The position numbers and the translations under genes were made by a program. Below the pieces are notes generated by a model, which made no database searches, had not been told where the DNA came from, and saw only the letters and a program-made list of their open reading frames with translations. Shown one piece after another: positions 1 through 8,812 of a stretch of DNA of 44,276 bases. The DNA comes from Deltaproteobacteria bacterium (GTDB lineage: Bacteria; Desulfobacterota; Desulfobacteria; Desulfobacterales; B30-G6), in assembly GCA_024639645.1 (NCBI GenBank), contig JAHEIB010000002.1, forward strand, positions 1-44,276. The letters run 5' to 3'. Each line of letters starts with the position of its first letter. The stretch's first letter is position 1.

Positions 1-236
1 AATTTTTGCTTTAGGTGGCCTCGACGGGCCTTGTCGTCAAAACGGCACTTAAAATTTTCTTCCCATGGACACCGCCACCCCCCAAAACCCCTGAAGCAAC
101 CCCACCATGGGAGCTGACTTCAAAGTCAGGATAGACATTGCCCCCGGTGCTCTGTAAAATCGAACCCTTCGATTTCCTCCTTGATCTTAGAGTTAAATCA
201 TACATCCAATCCATTTTGATTATGATTGGGTATAGA

Positions 237-251
237 GCAAAGAGGGTGCCA
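237..251 (-). promoter_or_regulatory. sigma-54-type -24/-12 promoter-like motif
   Basis: The minus strand reads TGGCACcctctTTGC. GG and GC are separated by exactly 10 nt, as in the TGGCAC-N5-TTGC consensus. No convincing CDS lies downstream (only the low-complexity ORF 11..334), so the target is unknown. Confidence 0.3.
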
Positions 252-513
252 GAAAACAGTTTTGCAGTGGGAGACTTATTAATTATCTGATAATACATTG
301 AATTTAAATATCGCAACTGACAGATCCGGCGCACACTTAAGCATTTTTTATTACATATTTATTCTGTCTTTATGAGTTTGTTACAATTTTGTAATTTTTC
401 TTACAGACAGAATACGCATGAGATGTACCGGCCAATTTGGTTGAGGCTTTATCAATACCGTGCTACGTTTACACTGTTTTTCGATCTTAAAACGATACGA
501 TACCGCTTGTCCT

Positions 514-597
514 AATAATGTTCCGAAAATAGGGTGGCGGCATAAGGGTTTGTAGCAGAAAAACGGTCCTCAATCGGAACGTTTTTCTGACGACCCC
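514..597. repeat. Family-A hairpin repeat, copy 1 (long form)
   Basis: The sequence aataatgttccgaaaatagggtggcggcataaggg is followed by the palindrome cagaaaaacggtcctcaatcggaacgtttttctg. It is near-identical by eye to 19827..19912, and the hairpin core recurs at 35924..35973. Confidence 0.8.
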
Positions 598-666
598 AAT
601 AAAACACCAGCACACGACATGATCCGCGCACCGCAAATGACCGATGCGCAAAAGGAGATTTCACGA

Positions 667-1101
667 ATGAGTTTGACCGGTTTGATCATCCTGGCAGCCG
701 TCGGTGGGGTTGCAGTGACTATTCAGGGGCAGTTCATGGGCTTGATGGACAAGAACATCGGCACCCTGGAAAGCGTGTTCATAACGTATTTTAGCGGTGG
801 GATTTTTGCAGCCGTGGCAATGATCGCTTCTCGTGGGGGCAACCTGAAGGCTGTTCAAACGGTTCCGTGGTATGCCTTGAGTTCCGGTCTTTTGGGTCTG
901 GTCATTGTGGGGACCATCAGCTACACGATACCCAGGCTGGGTCTGTCCAAAGCGTTTACCATTATTGTAGCCTCCCAGTTTCTTGTGGCAGCCCTGCTCG
1001 ATCATTATGGTCTGCTGGGCGCGGCGATACGTCCCATGGATTTATCCCGTCTGGCGGGTATGAGCTTTCTGGTTGTCGGCGTCTGGCTCATTGTCAGATA
1101 G
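667..1101 (+). CDS. small DMT-superfamily membrane protein (DUF606/YdcZ-like)
   Basis: Taken from ORF 619..1101, with the start moved to ATG 667, which is preceded by AAGGAG. The protein is about 144 aa, wholly hydrophobic and Gly/Ala-rich with about 5 predicted TM helices, ending VGVWLIVR, which is typical of this family. Confidence 0.7.
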   Translation: MSLTGLIILAAVGGVAVTIQGQFMGLMDKNIGTLESVFITYFSGGIFAAVAMIASRGGNLKAVQTVPWYALSSGLLGLVIVGTISYTIPRLGLSKAFTIIVASQFLVAALLDHYGLLGAAIRPMDLSRLAGMSFLVVGVWLIVR

Positions 1102-1168
1102 CTTTAAGCTTTAAGCGATAAGCACCAAGCAGCTTACAGCTTAGTGCTAAAAGCTTGGTGCTATCGGT

Positions 1169-2383
1169 TTATCGCATCGCAATTTCAATGTGATACGATT
1201 TTCCAAGAACACGTTTAAGATACTCCAGCATGAGAACCGATCTGAGTTCATATGTGTCCATCTCTTCCACCTGTTCGTCCTTGAGCAGGTTGGCTACCCA
1301 TTTGGAAGACAATGATTTTTCATGGGCGTATTTTTCCCGAACCGATCTCAGATAGGTCCGATTAAGCTCTTGCAGCTCTCCCGTTTCCATGGCCTTGATT
1401 TTTGAATAAAAGTCTTCCATAACCGCAACGTCAGGAAGGGACGGATTCTCGACAATCGCTTTATAGGTCTGGCCAAACCGCTCCAACCCTTTGTAGATAT
1501 GGTGTTTCTTTACCATGTTGATTTTTTTCCAACCGGCGTCGAGCCACTTGAAAGCCCCGCATTTGATCCGTGTTACTTCCCCAGGCATCTCATAATAAAC
1601 AATAATGGAAAAGGAGTCATACATATACGAACTCACCCATCCCAACCCGGGTTTGTCGAGACCTTTTTTATCGGAAAAGAGATAGGTCCAGTCGCTATCA
1701 GCTCCCAGCACAACCCCTTTTTTACCGACAGTTGACACGTCAATCTGTTTACTAAGTGATATCAGAAGGTTATTTCCTCGATGCTTCATCAGAATCAGGG
1801 TTCGATCCAATTCATATCGGTAATAAGCCCCTGTATTTATATCCGGTGTGTTTTCAACGGTCTGCCGGCCTCTGACAATTACAGGGTCAGTGCTCTCTTC
1901 CAGATAATTCCATAATTGCGGCAGGTTTTGTTTTCCATCGCCAAATTCCGACCAGAAAGAAAGCCGCACGGACGATGGGTTCGTAATAAAGGAAGGGAGG
2001 GCTGAATTATAGGATAACTTCAGGACACGGGACAAGGCCCCGTCAAGGACAAATTCATGATACGCCGATGTCGCCTTGGATGTCCCATCAACATAATAAA
2101 GTCTGTTCTCCTCTTTTGGCGCAACAATAAAATCTAGAAACCCATCGATAAGCTCCGGATTAAACGTTGTTATTTCCTCGGAACCAGTTAATGCCAAAAG
2201 ATGTTCGAATGCGGGATTCAAAACCTCGGGGACTTTTTCTTCCATCAAGTCGTTATCTGGCCAGACTGCAGGTGGAAACCAGAAAACCGCAGCCAACAAG
2301 GGCAAGATAATCCATAGCCACTTCAGCCTATTGTCAGTTATCTTTTCAAATACGATTTTGTTGTCCATAAAAACCATCACCAT
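1169..2383 (-). CDS. hypothetical protein with an N-terminal membrane anchor
   Basis: A long uninterrupted ORF (404 aa) with one N-terminal hydrophobic helix (LKWLWIILPLLAAVFWF) followed by a soluble domain. I recognise no family motif. The start could be 2383, 2377 or 2368. Confidence 0.6.
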   Translation of the reverse strand: MVMVFMDNKIVFEKITDNRLKWLWIILPLLAAVFWFPPAVWPDNDLMEEKVPEVLNPAFEHLLALTGSEEITTFNPELIDGFLDFIVAPKEENRLYYVDGTSKATSAYHEFVLDGALSRVLKLSYNSALPSFITNPSSVRLSFWSEFGDGKQNLPQLWNYLEESTDPVIVRGRQTVENTPDINTGAYYRYELDRTLILMKHRGNNLLISLSKQIDVSTVGKKGVVLGADSDWTYLFSDKKGLDKPGLGWVSSYMYDSFSIIVYYEMPGEVTRIKCGAFKWLDAGWKKINMVKKHHIYKGLERFGQTYKAIVENPSLPDVAVMEDFYSKIKAMETGELQELNRTYLRSVREKYAHEKSLSSKWVANLLKDEQVEEMDTYELRSVLMLEYLKRVLGKSYHIEIAMR

Positions 2384-2594
2384 CCAGTAGAAAAAACGCC
2401 TCCCTTCAATGAGAAGCTCAATTATATAACGCTAAACTATAATTCGGGAACCACCAATGTCAATGGGTGAAGCTTTAAGCGATAAGCAATGAGCTGCTTA
2501 TCGCTAAATGCTTATCGCTTTCATGGATGGGTTTTTATAATATAGTGCTGCAGAAAATTCCGTTCGTGTTCAATAGTGGCGATTGCTTCTTTCT

Positions 2595-3758
2595 TTAAAA
2601 AATATAATTCGATATGATCTCTTTCATAATCTCGGTGGTACCGCCACCGATGGACAGGATCCGGTTGTCCCGAAACAATCTTTCCACCAGATAACCACGC
2701 ATGTATCCATAGCCACCGAAGATCTGGACTGCATCATAGGTAACCTTATCACTGACACTGCAGGCAAAGTTTTTTGCCATGCTGATCTCCTTGATCTGCT
2801 CATGCCCGGCGTCGATCTTGGCGGCAATACGGTATGTAAACTCACGGCTCGCTTCCACAAGCGTCGCCATATCCACCAGTTTGTGTCTTGTCACCTGGAA
2901 TCCCTTCAGTTTCTTCCCAAAAGCATCCCTTTCTCCGGCATAGGCAATTGCCGATTCTAGCGCCAGTTGGGCCGTCATGTTGGCCATGATTGATAGGGCC
3001 AGCCTTTCACCTTGAAAGTTTTCCATGATGGTATAAAAACCGGCATTTTCATCCCCCAGTCGATTATGTACGGGAACACGACAGTCATCAAAAAAAATCT
3101 GGGCCGTGTCTGATGCCCACCAGCCTGTTTTTTTATATTTTTCGGAAACGGAATACCCCGGCGTATCTGATTCGATGACCAGAAGACTGATGCCGTGGGC
3201 ACCGGTTTCTCCAGTGCGTACGGCACAGGTGATCTGATCTGCCCGGTATCCGCTGGTAATGAAAACTTTGCTACCATTGACCCGGTAAAAATCTTTTTCT
3301 CTGACGGCCGTTGTCTGCAGGCCGGCCACATCCGACCCTCCCCCCGGTTCTGTTATGGCCAGTGCCGCTATCTTTTCTCCCGACAAAACCGGTTTCACAA
3401 AACGTTGTTTTTGGGATTCGGTGCCGGCCGACAGGATCGGAGGGATGGCGATATTCAGACTGCCCAGACCTGCCACCAGACCGCCGGATCCTGAGCGCAT
3501 GAGTTCTTCAGACACGGCGATGTGGAAAAAAATGTCTCCTGGTATGCCGCCATATGCTTCAGGATATCCCGTTCCGAGGATACCAACTGCCGCGGCCTTT
3601 TGATAGAGCTCCCGTGGAAATTCCCCGGCTTCCTCCCAATCGTCTATGAAGGGAAGAATCTCCTTGTCCACAAATGCCTTCACCGACTTTCTCACCATGT
3701 CGTGGGCTTTTCCAAAATACTCCTGGCAGCTTGCTTTTGAACGGAATTCATATGACAT
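2595..3758 (-). CDS. acyl-CoA dehydrogenase
   Basis: 387 aa with ACAD hallmarks: ITEPGGGSDVAGL, the FITSG region and C-terminal QIFGGYGYMRGYLVERLFRDNRI..IGGGTTEI. Confidence 0.9.
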   Translation of the reverse strand: MSYEFRSKASCQEYFGKAHDMVRKSVKAFVDKEILPFIDDWEEAGEFPRELYQKAAAVGILGTGYPEAYGGIPGDIFFHIAVSEELMRSGSGGLVAGLGSLNIAIPPILSAGTESQKQRFVKPVLSGEKIAALAITEPGGGSDVAGLQTTAVREKDFYRVNGSKVFITSGYRADQITCAVRTGETGAHGISLLVIESDTPGYSVSEKYKKTGWWASDTAQIFFDDCRVPVHNRLGDENAGFYTIMENFQGERLALSIMANMTAQLALESAIAYAGERDAFGKKLKGFQVTRHKLVDMATLVEASREFTYRIAAKIDAGHEQIKEISMAKNFACSVSDKVTYDAVQIFGGYGYMRGYLVERLFRDNRILSIGGGTTEIMKEIISNYIF

Positions 3759-3766
3759 TATGCACC

Positions 3767-3790
3767 GTTTTAGGTTTTAGGTTTTAGGTT
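3767..3790. repeat. tandem 8-mer (ttttaggt x3) directly upstream of the ACAD start
   Basis: The plus strand reads gttttaggttttaggttttaggtt, which is AACCTAAA repeats on the gene strand. Related ACCTAA arrays occur at 11992..12017 and 42815..42840. Confidence 0.85.
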
Positions 3791-3792
3791 CT

Positions 3793-3842
3793 GCTATTCG
3801 CGACAATCAATGACGCGCGTAGCGCTAATGTCGCCCGCAGGG
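3793..3842. repeat. Family-D intergenic repeat, copy 1
   Basis: The reverse complement, ccctgcgggcgacattagcgctacgcgcgtcattgattgtcgcgaatagc, aligns by eye with 42754..42807 and more loosely with the reverse complement of 27658..27702. Confidence 0.7.
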
Positions 3843-3862
3843 CTAATGCCCGCTTTGAAAAA

Positions 3863-5614
3863 TCACAGTATCACCCTGGGAGCATCTATGATCCTGGCTC
3901 TCAGGTATTCTCCCAATGTTTTGGCCTGAGGGTCACTCCTCAGGGATGCAGCCACTCCGTCACCCAGCAAGCCTTTGATATAAAAATTCAAAGCCAGGAG
4001 ATTGGGCAGTTCATATCGCTCGATCTCAAAACCCACCAGATCTTTGAGAAGTATTTTCAAACGTTCCACCGACAAAAATTCCCGTAAAAATGCATATGCA
4101 TCCGGCGTCTTTGCCCAGACACCCAGATTGGCATTTCCGCCTTTGTCACCAGAGCGTGTGGCAAACAATGCCCCAAAAGGTACTGAAACGGTTTCGCCCT
4201 GCGGAACCGGTGGCATCGGTCTTGGTTGAAGCGACGCGTCATCCAGGGATTCTCCCTGAGTCAAGGCTTTCACCACAATCTCTTGATCGTCGACAAAAAC
4301 ATGCTGTTGGATGTGTTTGTTCGACACCAGTGCCGGCCAGTGCATAATGGCTGGAACACCTTTGGTGGGGGGGGCTGTGGCTGTAAAACCGGGGATGTTT
4401 GCCAGAGCCAACTCCACAAGTTTTGAAGAAAACAGGGCCACCTTTTTAGGATCCGGATCCATGACCGATAGTCGCAGATGTGCAAAGGCCTCTTCATTGG
4501 TTGATGGATTTTCTTTTTCCGAGCGAATGAGCTGTACATCCACCACCGAAAACAGTTTTTTTCCACCCAGGCTGTCAAAGAGGGCCTCTGTGACGATCTG
4601 TGCCTTTTTGTCGATGTCGAGTCCTGTCAAAATGATGGTCATGCTGTTACGGTAGCCCCCCAGGTTGTTGATGCAGACCTTGGTGGTTTGGGTGGGGGGT
4701 TCCCCTTTGACGCCTTGAATCCGAACCCGGTGGGTATCTTCCTGAAAAATATCGATGGTGTCGAACCGGGCGGCAACGTCCGGCGTCAGATACCTGGGTT
4801 CCCGAACTTCATACAGCAGTTGAGCGGTGACCGTTCCAACAGAGACAAGCCCGCCGGTGTTGGGATGCTTGGTAATAATTGAAGATCCGTCCTTTTCAAG
4901 CTCTGCAATGGGAAAGCCTACATTTTTAAAAGAAGGTACCTCATCAATAAAAGCGTAATTGCCGCCGGTTGCTTGGGCGCTGCACTCGATCACATGACCG
5001 GCCACCGCCGCGCCTGCCAGGGCATCCCAGTCTGATTTTTTCCATTTGAATTTCCAGGCCGCGGGCCCCATGACCAGTGCTGCATCGGCAATACGTCCCC
5101 CAACGACGATGTCTGCGTCATGATTGAGCGCCTCCACAATCCCCCAGCAACCCAGATACGCATTGGCTGAAATCGTCTGCGCCTTGGCATCTTTCAAGGG
5201 AATCCCCTTGTCCATGTGGGTGAAAGGTTCGCCTTTGTCTTGAAGATCCTGCAGTCTCTGCATCAGGTTGTCCCCCTCGATATAGGCAATTTTGGGGTGA
5301 AGCCCCAACGTTTCCGCTAGCTTCTCGAGTTCTTGGGCAAGTGACCCTGGGTTGAGACCCCCTGCATTGGCAACAACCTTTATACGCCTGTCAAGGCATT
5401 CTCCCATGACAACTTCCATCTGCTTTAAAAATGTCGTTACATAACCGGCATTGGGGTCCTTGAACTGCTTGCGAAGCAGAATGGCCATGGTCAGTTCGGC
5501 CAGGTAATCACCGGTCAAAAAATGGATGGGGCCGCCCTGAACCATCTCCTGTGCCGCAGAAAATCTGTCACCAAAAAAACCGCTGCAGTTGGCAATGATT
5601 AATTTCTCGTTCAT
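3863..5614 (-). CDS. AtuA-like acyclic-terpene-utilisation family protein (DUF1446 with a DUF4387-like C-terminal domain)
   Basis: Taken from ORF 3863..5677, with the start moved to ATG 5614 (MNEKLIIANCSGFFGDR), which is preceded by AAGGAAAG. The N-terminus IANCSGFFGDR...FLTGDYLAELTM is characteristic of DUF1446. The C-terminal roughly 100 aa (SGDKGGNANLGVW...LNFYIKGLLG) resemble DUF4387. Confidence 0.8.
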   Translation of the reverse strand: MNEKLIIANCSGFFGDRFSAAQEMVQGGPIHFLTGDYLAELTMAILLRKQFKDPNAGYVTTFLKQMEVVMGECLDRRIKVVANAGGLNPGSLAQELEKLAETLGLHPKIAYIEGDNLMQRLQDLQDKGEPFTHMDKGIPLKDAKAQTISANAYLGCWGIVEALNHDADIVVGGRIADAALVMGPAAWKFKWKKSDWDALAGAAVAGHVIECSAQATGGNYAFIDEVPSFKNVGFPIAELEKDGSSIITKHPNTGGLVSVGTVTAQLLYEVREPRYLTPDVAARFDTIDIFQEDTHRVRIQGVKGEPPTQTTKVCINNLGGYRNSMTIILTGLDIDKKAQIVTEALFDSLGGKKLFSVVDVQLIRSEKENPSTNEEAFAHLRLSVMDPDPKKVALFSSKLVELALANIPGFTATAPPTKGVPAIMHWPALVSNKHIQQHVFVDDQEIVVKALTQGESLDDASLQPRPMPPVPQGETVSVPFGALFATRSGDKGGNANLGVWAKTPDAYAFLREFLSVERLKILLKDLVGFEIERYELPNLLALNFYIKGLLGDGVAASLRSDPQAKTLGEYLRARIIDAPRVIL

Positions 5615-5810
5615 AAGTATCTTTCCTTTATATAGTCGGCCATAGCTATCTATAAGCAATAGGCTGTCATTAGGCAATCTGACGATTGCCGACTCTTAGC
5701 TGTTTGCTCTTAGCCAGTAGCTATTCACCGGCCAACAGCTAAGAGCCAAAAGCGTAGACGTTTACCCTCCAACCCTTTTATCCCCCTCGGACCCTGGAAC
5801 CCTGATCCTT

Positions 5811-6581
5811 TTATTTCCCCTTAAACTTAGGTTTGCGCTTCTCTATAAATGCCGTGATTCCCTCCACAGCATCCTGGGTTGACACCACATCTACCAGTTT
5901 TTCGCTCAGGTAATCGACGGCCTCGTTCAGGGGCATATCCGACATGTGATGAAAAGCCTCTTTGCCGAGTCTCAACCCAATGGGACTCTTTGCAATCAAC
6001 GCCCCCAAAATCCGGTCAACGCTTTCATCCAGCTTTTCAAAAGGAACGACCCGGGTGATAAGACCCATTTCAAGGGCTTCCTGCGCCGTGAGCTTTTCCC
6101 CCAGAAGCACCATTTCCATACCTTTCTTTTTCATCACATTCCTGAAAATCAAGGCACCGATCATCATAGGGAACAAGCCCACATTGACCTCGGGGGTCCC
6201 GAATTTAGCCGTCTCCCTTGCCACCACAATGTCGCAGGCCAGCATGAACCCCATACCCCCTGCCAGGCAGTACCCATTGACCCTTGCAACCGTCGGTTTG
6301 GGGTAAGCCACCATGCGTTTCAAAAGATCTGCATAGCGGCTGAAAGAGTCCTTGCCCTCCTCAGTGGCAGCGCCCCCAAGGTCAGCCCCGGAGCAAAAAG
6401 ATTTGTCACCTGCGCCGGTCACCATGATCGCCCGGACATGATCATCGGTTTCCGCTCGATCCAGGCAATCCATGAACTGCGCAATTACCTGGGGTGTCAG
6501 GGAGTTTCGTTGCTTTTCACGATTGATGGTCAGCATTGCAACATGATTTTCAACTTGATACAGAAGTGGATTTTCCGTCAT
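5811..6581 (-). CDS. enoyl-CoA hydratase/isomerase (crotonase) family protein
   Basis: Taken from ORF 5811..6650, with the start moved to ATG 6581 (MTENPLLYQVENHVAMLTINR). It has the oxyanion-hole motif GAGDKSFCSGADL and the C-terminal EGITAFIEKRKPKFKG. Confidence 0.9.
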   Translation of the reverse strand: MTENPLLYQVENHVAMLTINREKQRNSLTPQVIAQFMDCLDRAETDDHVRAIMVTGAGDKSFCSGADLGGAATEEGKDSFSRYADLLKRMVAYPKPTVARVNGYCLAGGMGFMLACDIVVARETAKFGTPEVNVGLFPMMIGALIFRNVMKKKGMEMVLLGEKLTAQEALEMGLITRVVPFEKLDESVDRILGALIAKSPIGLRLGKEAFHHMSDMPLNEAVDYLSEKLVDVVSTQDAVEGITAFIEKRKPKFKGK

Positions 6582-7048
6582 AATTGATTCCCCATGGTTT
6601 AGTAATTTATTTAAAGCCATAAGCTTTAAGCCGTATGCAGTAAGCCGCATATAGCTTGAATGTCAATTTTTAGGTTTCACCCTTGTTCGAGCGAGATGGA
6701 TGATCCAATGGCGATTTGCGCTGTTTGAGCCAATTAGGGCTCTTTATATCAGTGCATGTTACGAGTCTGACCGCCATGACCTCGCCAAGACAGGCAGTCT
6801 CATCCATACCTGCCGTGTTTCAAAAGTCAAGCCCCAATAAATTCGTGTTGGGAATTTATCAGACACGTCCTTGTCTCTTTCATGGAGGAGAAATTACCGG
6901 ACCTGGGGTTATCCACAAGCACCTGCGAAAAACCAATTCCAAATCCTTTGTATTTGCTATCCCATTGAGAGTGTGCTTAACTTTTACCTAAGATGAGCGT
7001 TTCAAATTTTAAGAATATAAGATAAAAATTATTCCAAAGGATTCAATC

Positions 7049-8299
7049 ATGAAAGATGTTGTTATTGCATCAGCATGCAGGACGGCCATCGGCGCATTCG
7101 GCGGAACCTTGCGGGACACGATCGCCTCGGAAATTGCCAGGGTTACCATGCAGGAAGCCATAAATCGGGCCGGTATCGATCCTGCAACCATCGATGATGT
7201 GCGATATGGCTGCTGCCTGGAGCCGGTAGACACATTGAATGTCGCCCGTACAGCTGCCCTGCTTGCAGGTATACCCGACACTGTTCCCGCCGTAACCATC
7301 AACCGTGTATGTATTTCGAGTATGGAAGCGACCATCTCCGGAATGGCCATGATACAGGCCGGCATGGCAGATATTATTCTTTCCGGGGGTGTGGAGCACA
7401 TGTCCGGGGTCCCATATGTCGTGCCGGCTGCACGTTGGGGATGCCGGCTGCAGGATCAGGTCTTTGTGGATGCACTGATTCGAAGTCTCCATTGTGGCTC
7501 CCATGTGATACCCCATCCTGAAGATGGCCCGGTAAATGCGGAAGCCCCCCCCTTGAGCTATTTTAAGGGAAAACCTTATATCATGGGCCATACAGCGGAG
7601 TTTGTTGCCCAACAGTATGGTATCGCCCGGGAAGAAATGGATGAAGTGGCCCTCAGGAGCCATAATAACGTAGAGCGGGCCACCCGGGACGGCTCTTACA
7701 AGGAAGAAATCGTACCCATGGAAATTCCCCAACGAAAAAAAGAACCCGTTCTATTTGACAAGGACGAACACTTTAGACCCGGGATGACCATGGAACAGCT
7801 CCAGAAGCTGCCACCGGCCTTTATCCCCAAAACAGGCAAGGTTACGGCTGGAAACGCGAGCGGTATCAATGATGGGTCGGCAGGAATGGTGATTATGTCT
7901 GCTGAAAAAGCCGCGGCCCTCAATATAAGACCCCTGGCAAAAATCAAGGCCATTGGAAAGGGAGGTTGTCATCCCTCGGTAATGGGCATGTCACCTGTTC
8001 CGGCCGTTCAGAACCTGATGACACGCAGTGGCTTGAAAATTGAGGATTTCGAGCTGGTTGAAGTAAACGAGGCATTTGCCGCCCAGTATATTGGCTGTGA
8101 AAGAGAGCTGGGATTGAACCGTGAAATTACGAATGTCAACGGGTCGGGAATCGGTCTTGGTCACCCGGTGGGTGCCACTGGCGCCCGTATCATCGTTTCC
8201 CTGATCCATGCCCTGAAACAGCGTGGAAAAACACTGGGGCTGGCCACCCTCTGCGGCGGCGGCGGTGTGTCTATGGCATGTGCGATCGAGATGGTGTAA
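7049..8299 (+). CDS. acetyl-CoA C-acyltransferase (thiolase)
   Basis: 416 aa with the nucleophile Cys context INRVCISSMEA and C-terminal NVNGSGIGLGHPVGATGARI and LCGGGG motifs. It lies divergent from the crotonase operon. Confidence 0.92.
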   Translation: MKDVVIASACRTAIGAFGGTLRDTIASEIARVTMQEAINRAGIDPATIDDVRYGCCLEPVDTLNVARTAALLAGIPDTVPAVTINRVCISSMEATISGMAMIQAGMADIILSGGVEHMSGVPYVVPAARWGCRLQDQVFVDALIRSLHCGSHVIPHPEDGPVNAEAPPLSYFKGKPYIMGHTAEFVAQQYGIAREEMDEVALRSHNNVERATRDGSYKEEIVPMEIPQRKKEPVLFDKDEHFRPGMTMEQLQKLPPAFIPKTGKVTAGNASGINDGSAGMVIMSAEKAAALNIRPLAKIKAIGKGGCHPSVMGMSPVPAVQNLMTRSGLKIEDFELVEVNEAFAAQYIGCERELGLNREITNVNGSGIGLGHPVGATGARIIVSLIHALKQRGKTLGLATLCGGGGVSMACAIEMV

Positions 8300-8812
8300 A
8301 GAGAGGGTTGCAGGGCGTGAGGGGGATACGAGGGTTGGAGGGTGGCTGACAGCTTTAAGCGGACAGCGGCATCCCGGCGTCCCAGCAGAAAAGAAGGTTT
8401 CTCGGGTTTTTTTGCTTGATGAAACGGAAACAAGTTGAATGCTCTATACCGACGGCTGTAAGCAACACAATAAACCCAAAGAGTTCAATGAACGCGACAA
8501 CCATGATTGCCCTGCCTGATCTATTGTTAATTTTATTAAATACATTTTAATTGTTTCATTGTATTTTCTATCTTTTATTGACATTTTCATCAAATTAGAT
8601 CAAGGTTGCCTTAATTGTTCTACAAACCGCGTGATCGGCACGCGGTTTTGAACCTGAACGTGCGGAGACGTGCCGTCTCCTTTGTCTTTCCACCATTGGG
8701 GGGAAATCCAAGCCACCCGTTTCACGGGTGGTAGTTGACTTAGGATTTGGAACCATCTATTCCCGTTTTAGGCGACAGGGTTGCGTCCCTATAAATCGTA
8801 AACGATTTTATT

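Noticed and set aside
158-174. GGGTTCGATT, a T-loop-like sequence suggesting a tRNA or tmRNA end
   Set aside because: It is only a simple 7-bp hairpin with a 3-nt loop. No acceptor, D or anticodon arms can be drawn around it.
11-334. 107-aa ORF at the left edge considered as a protein gene
   Set aside because: The composition is low-complexity and Gly-rich, there is no RBS, and the ORF overlaps a promoter-like motif and hairpins. I treat the region as non-coding or unknown.
5946-6587. Long antisense ORFs inside real genes (for example 5946..6587, 7070..7732, 9551..10018, 10847..11314, 20509..21072, 24152..24613, 27099..27578, 40281..40709, 43070..43483)
   Set aside because: Each lies opposite a gene with strong family motifs and has odd Arg/Pro/Gly/His-rich or low-complexity composition. 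They are shadow ORFs.
8570-8610. A sigma-70 promoter (TTGACA at about 8578) for the gcv operon
   Set aside because: I could find no acceptable -10 hexamer at 16-18 nt spacing, so it is too weak to annotate.
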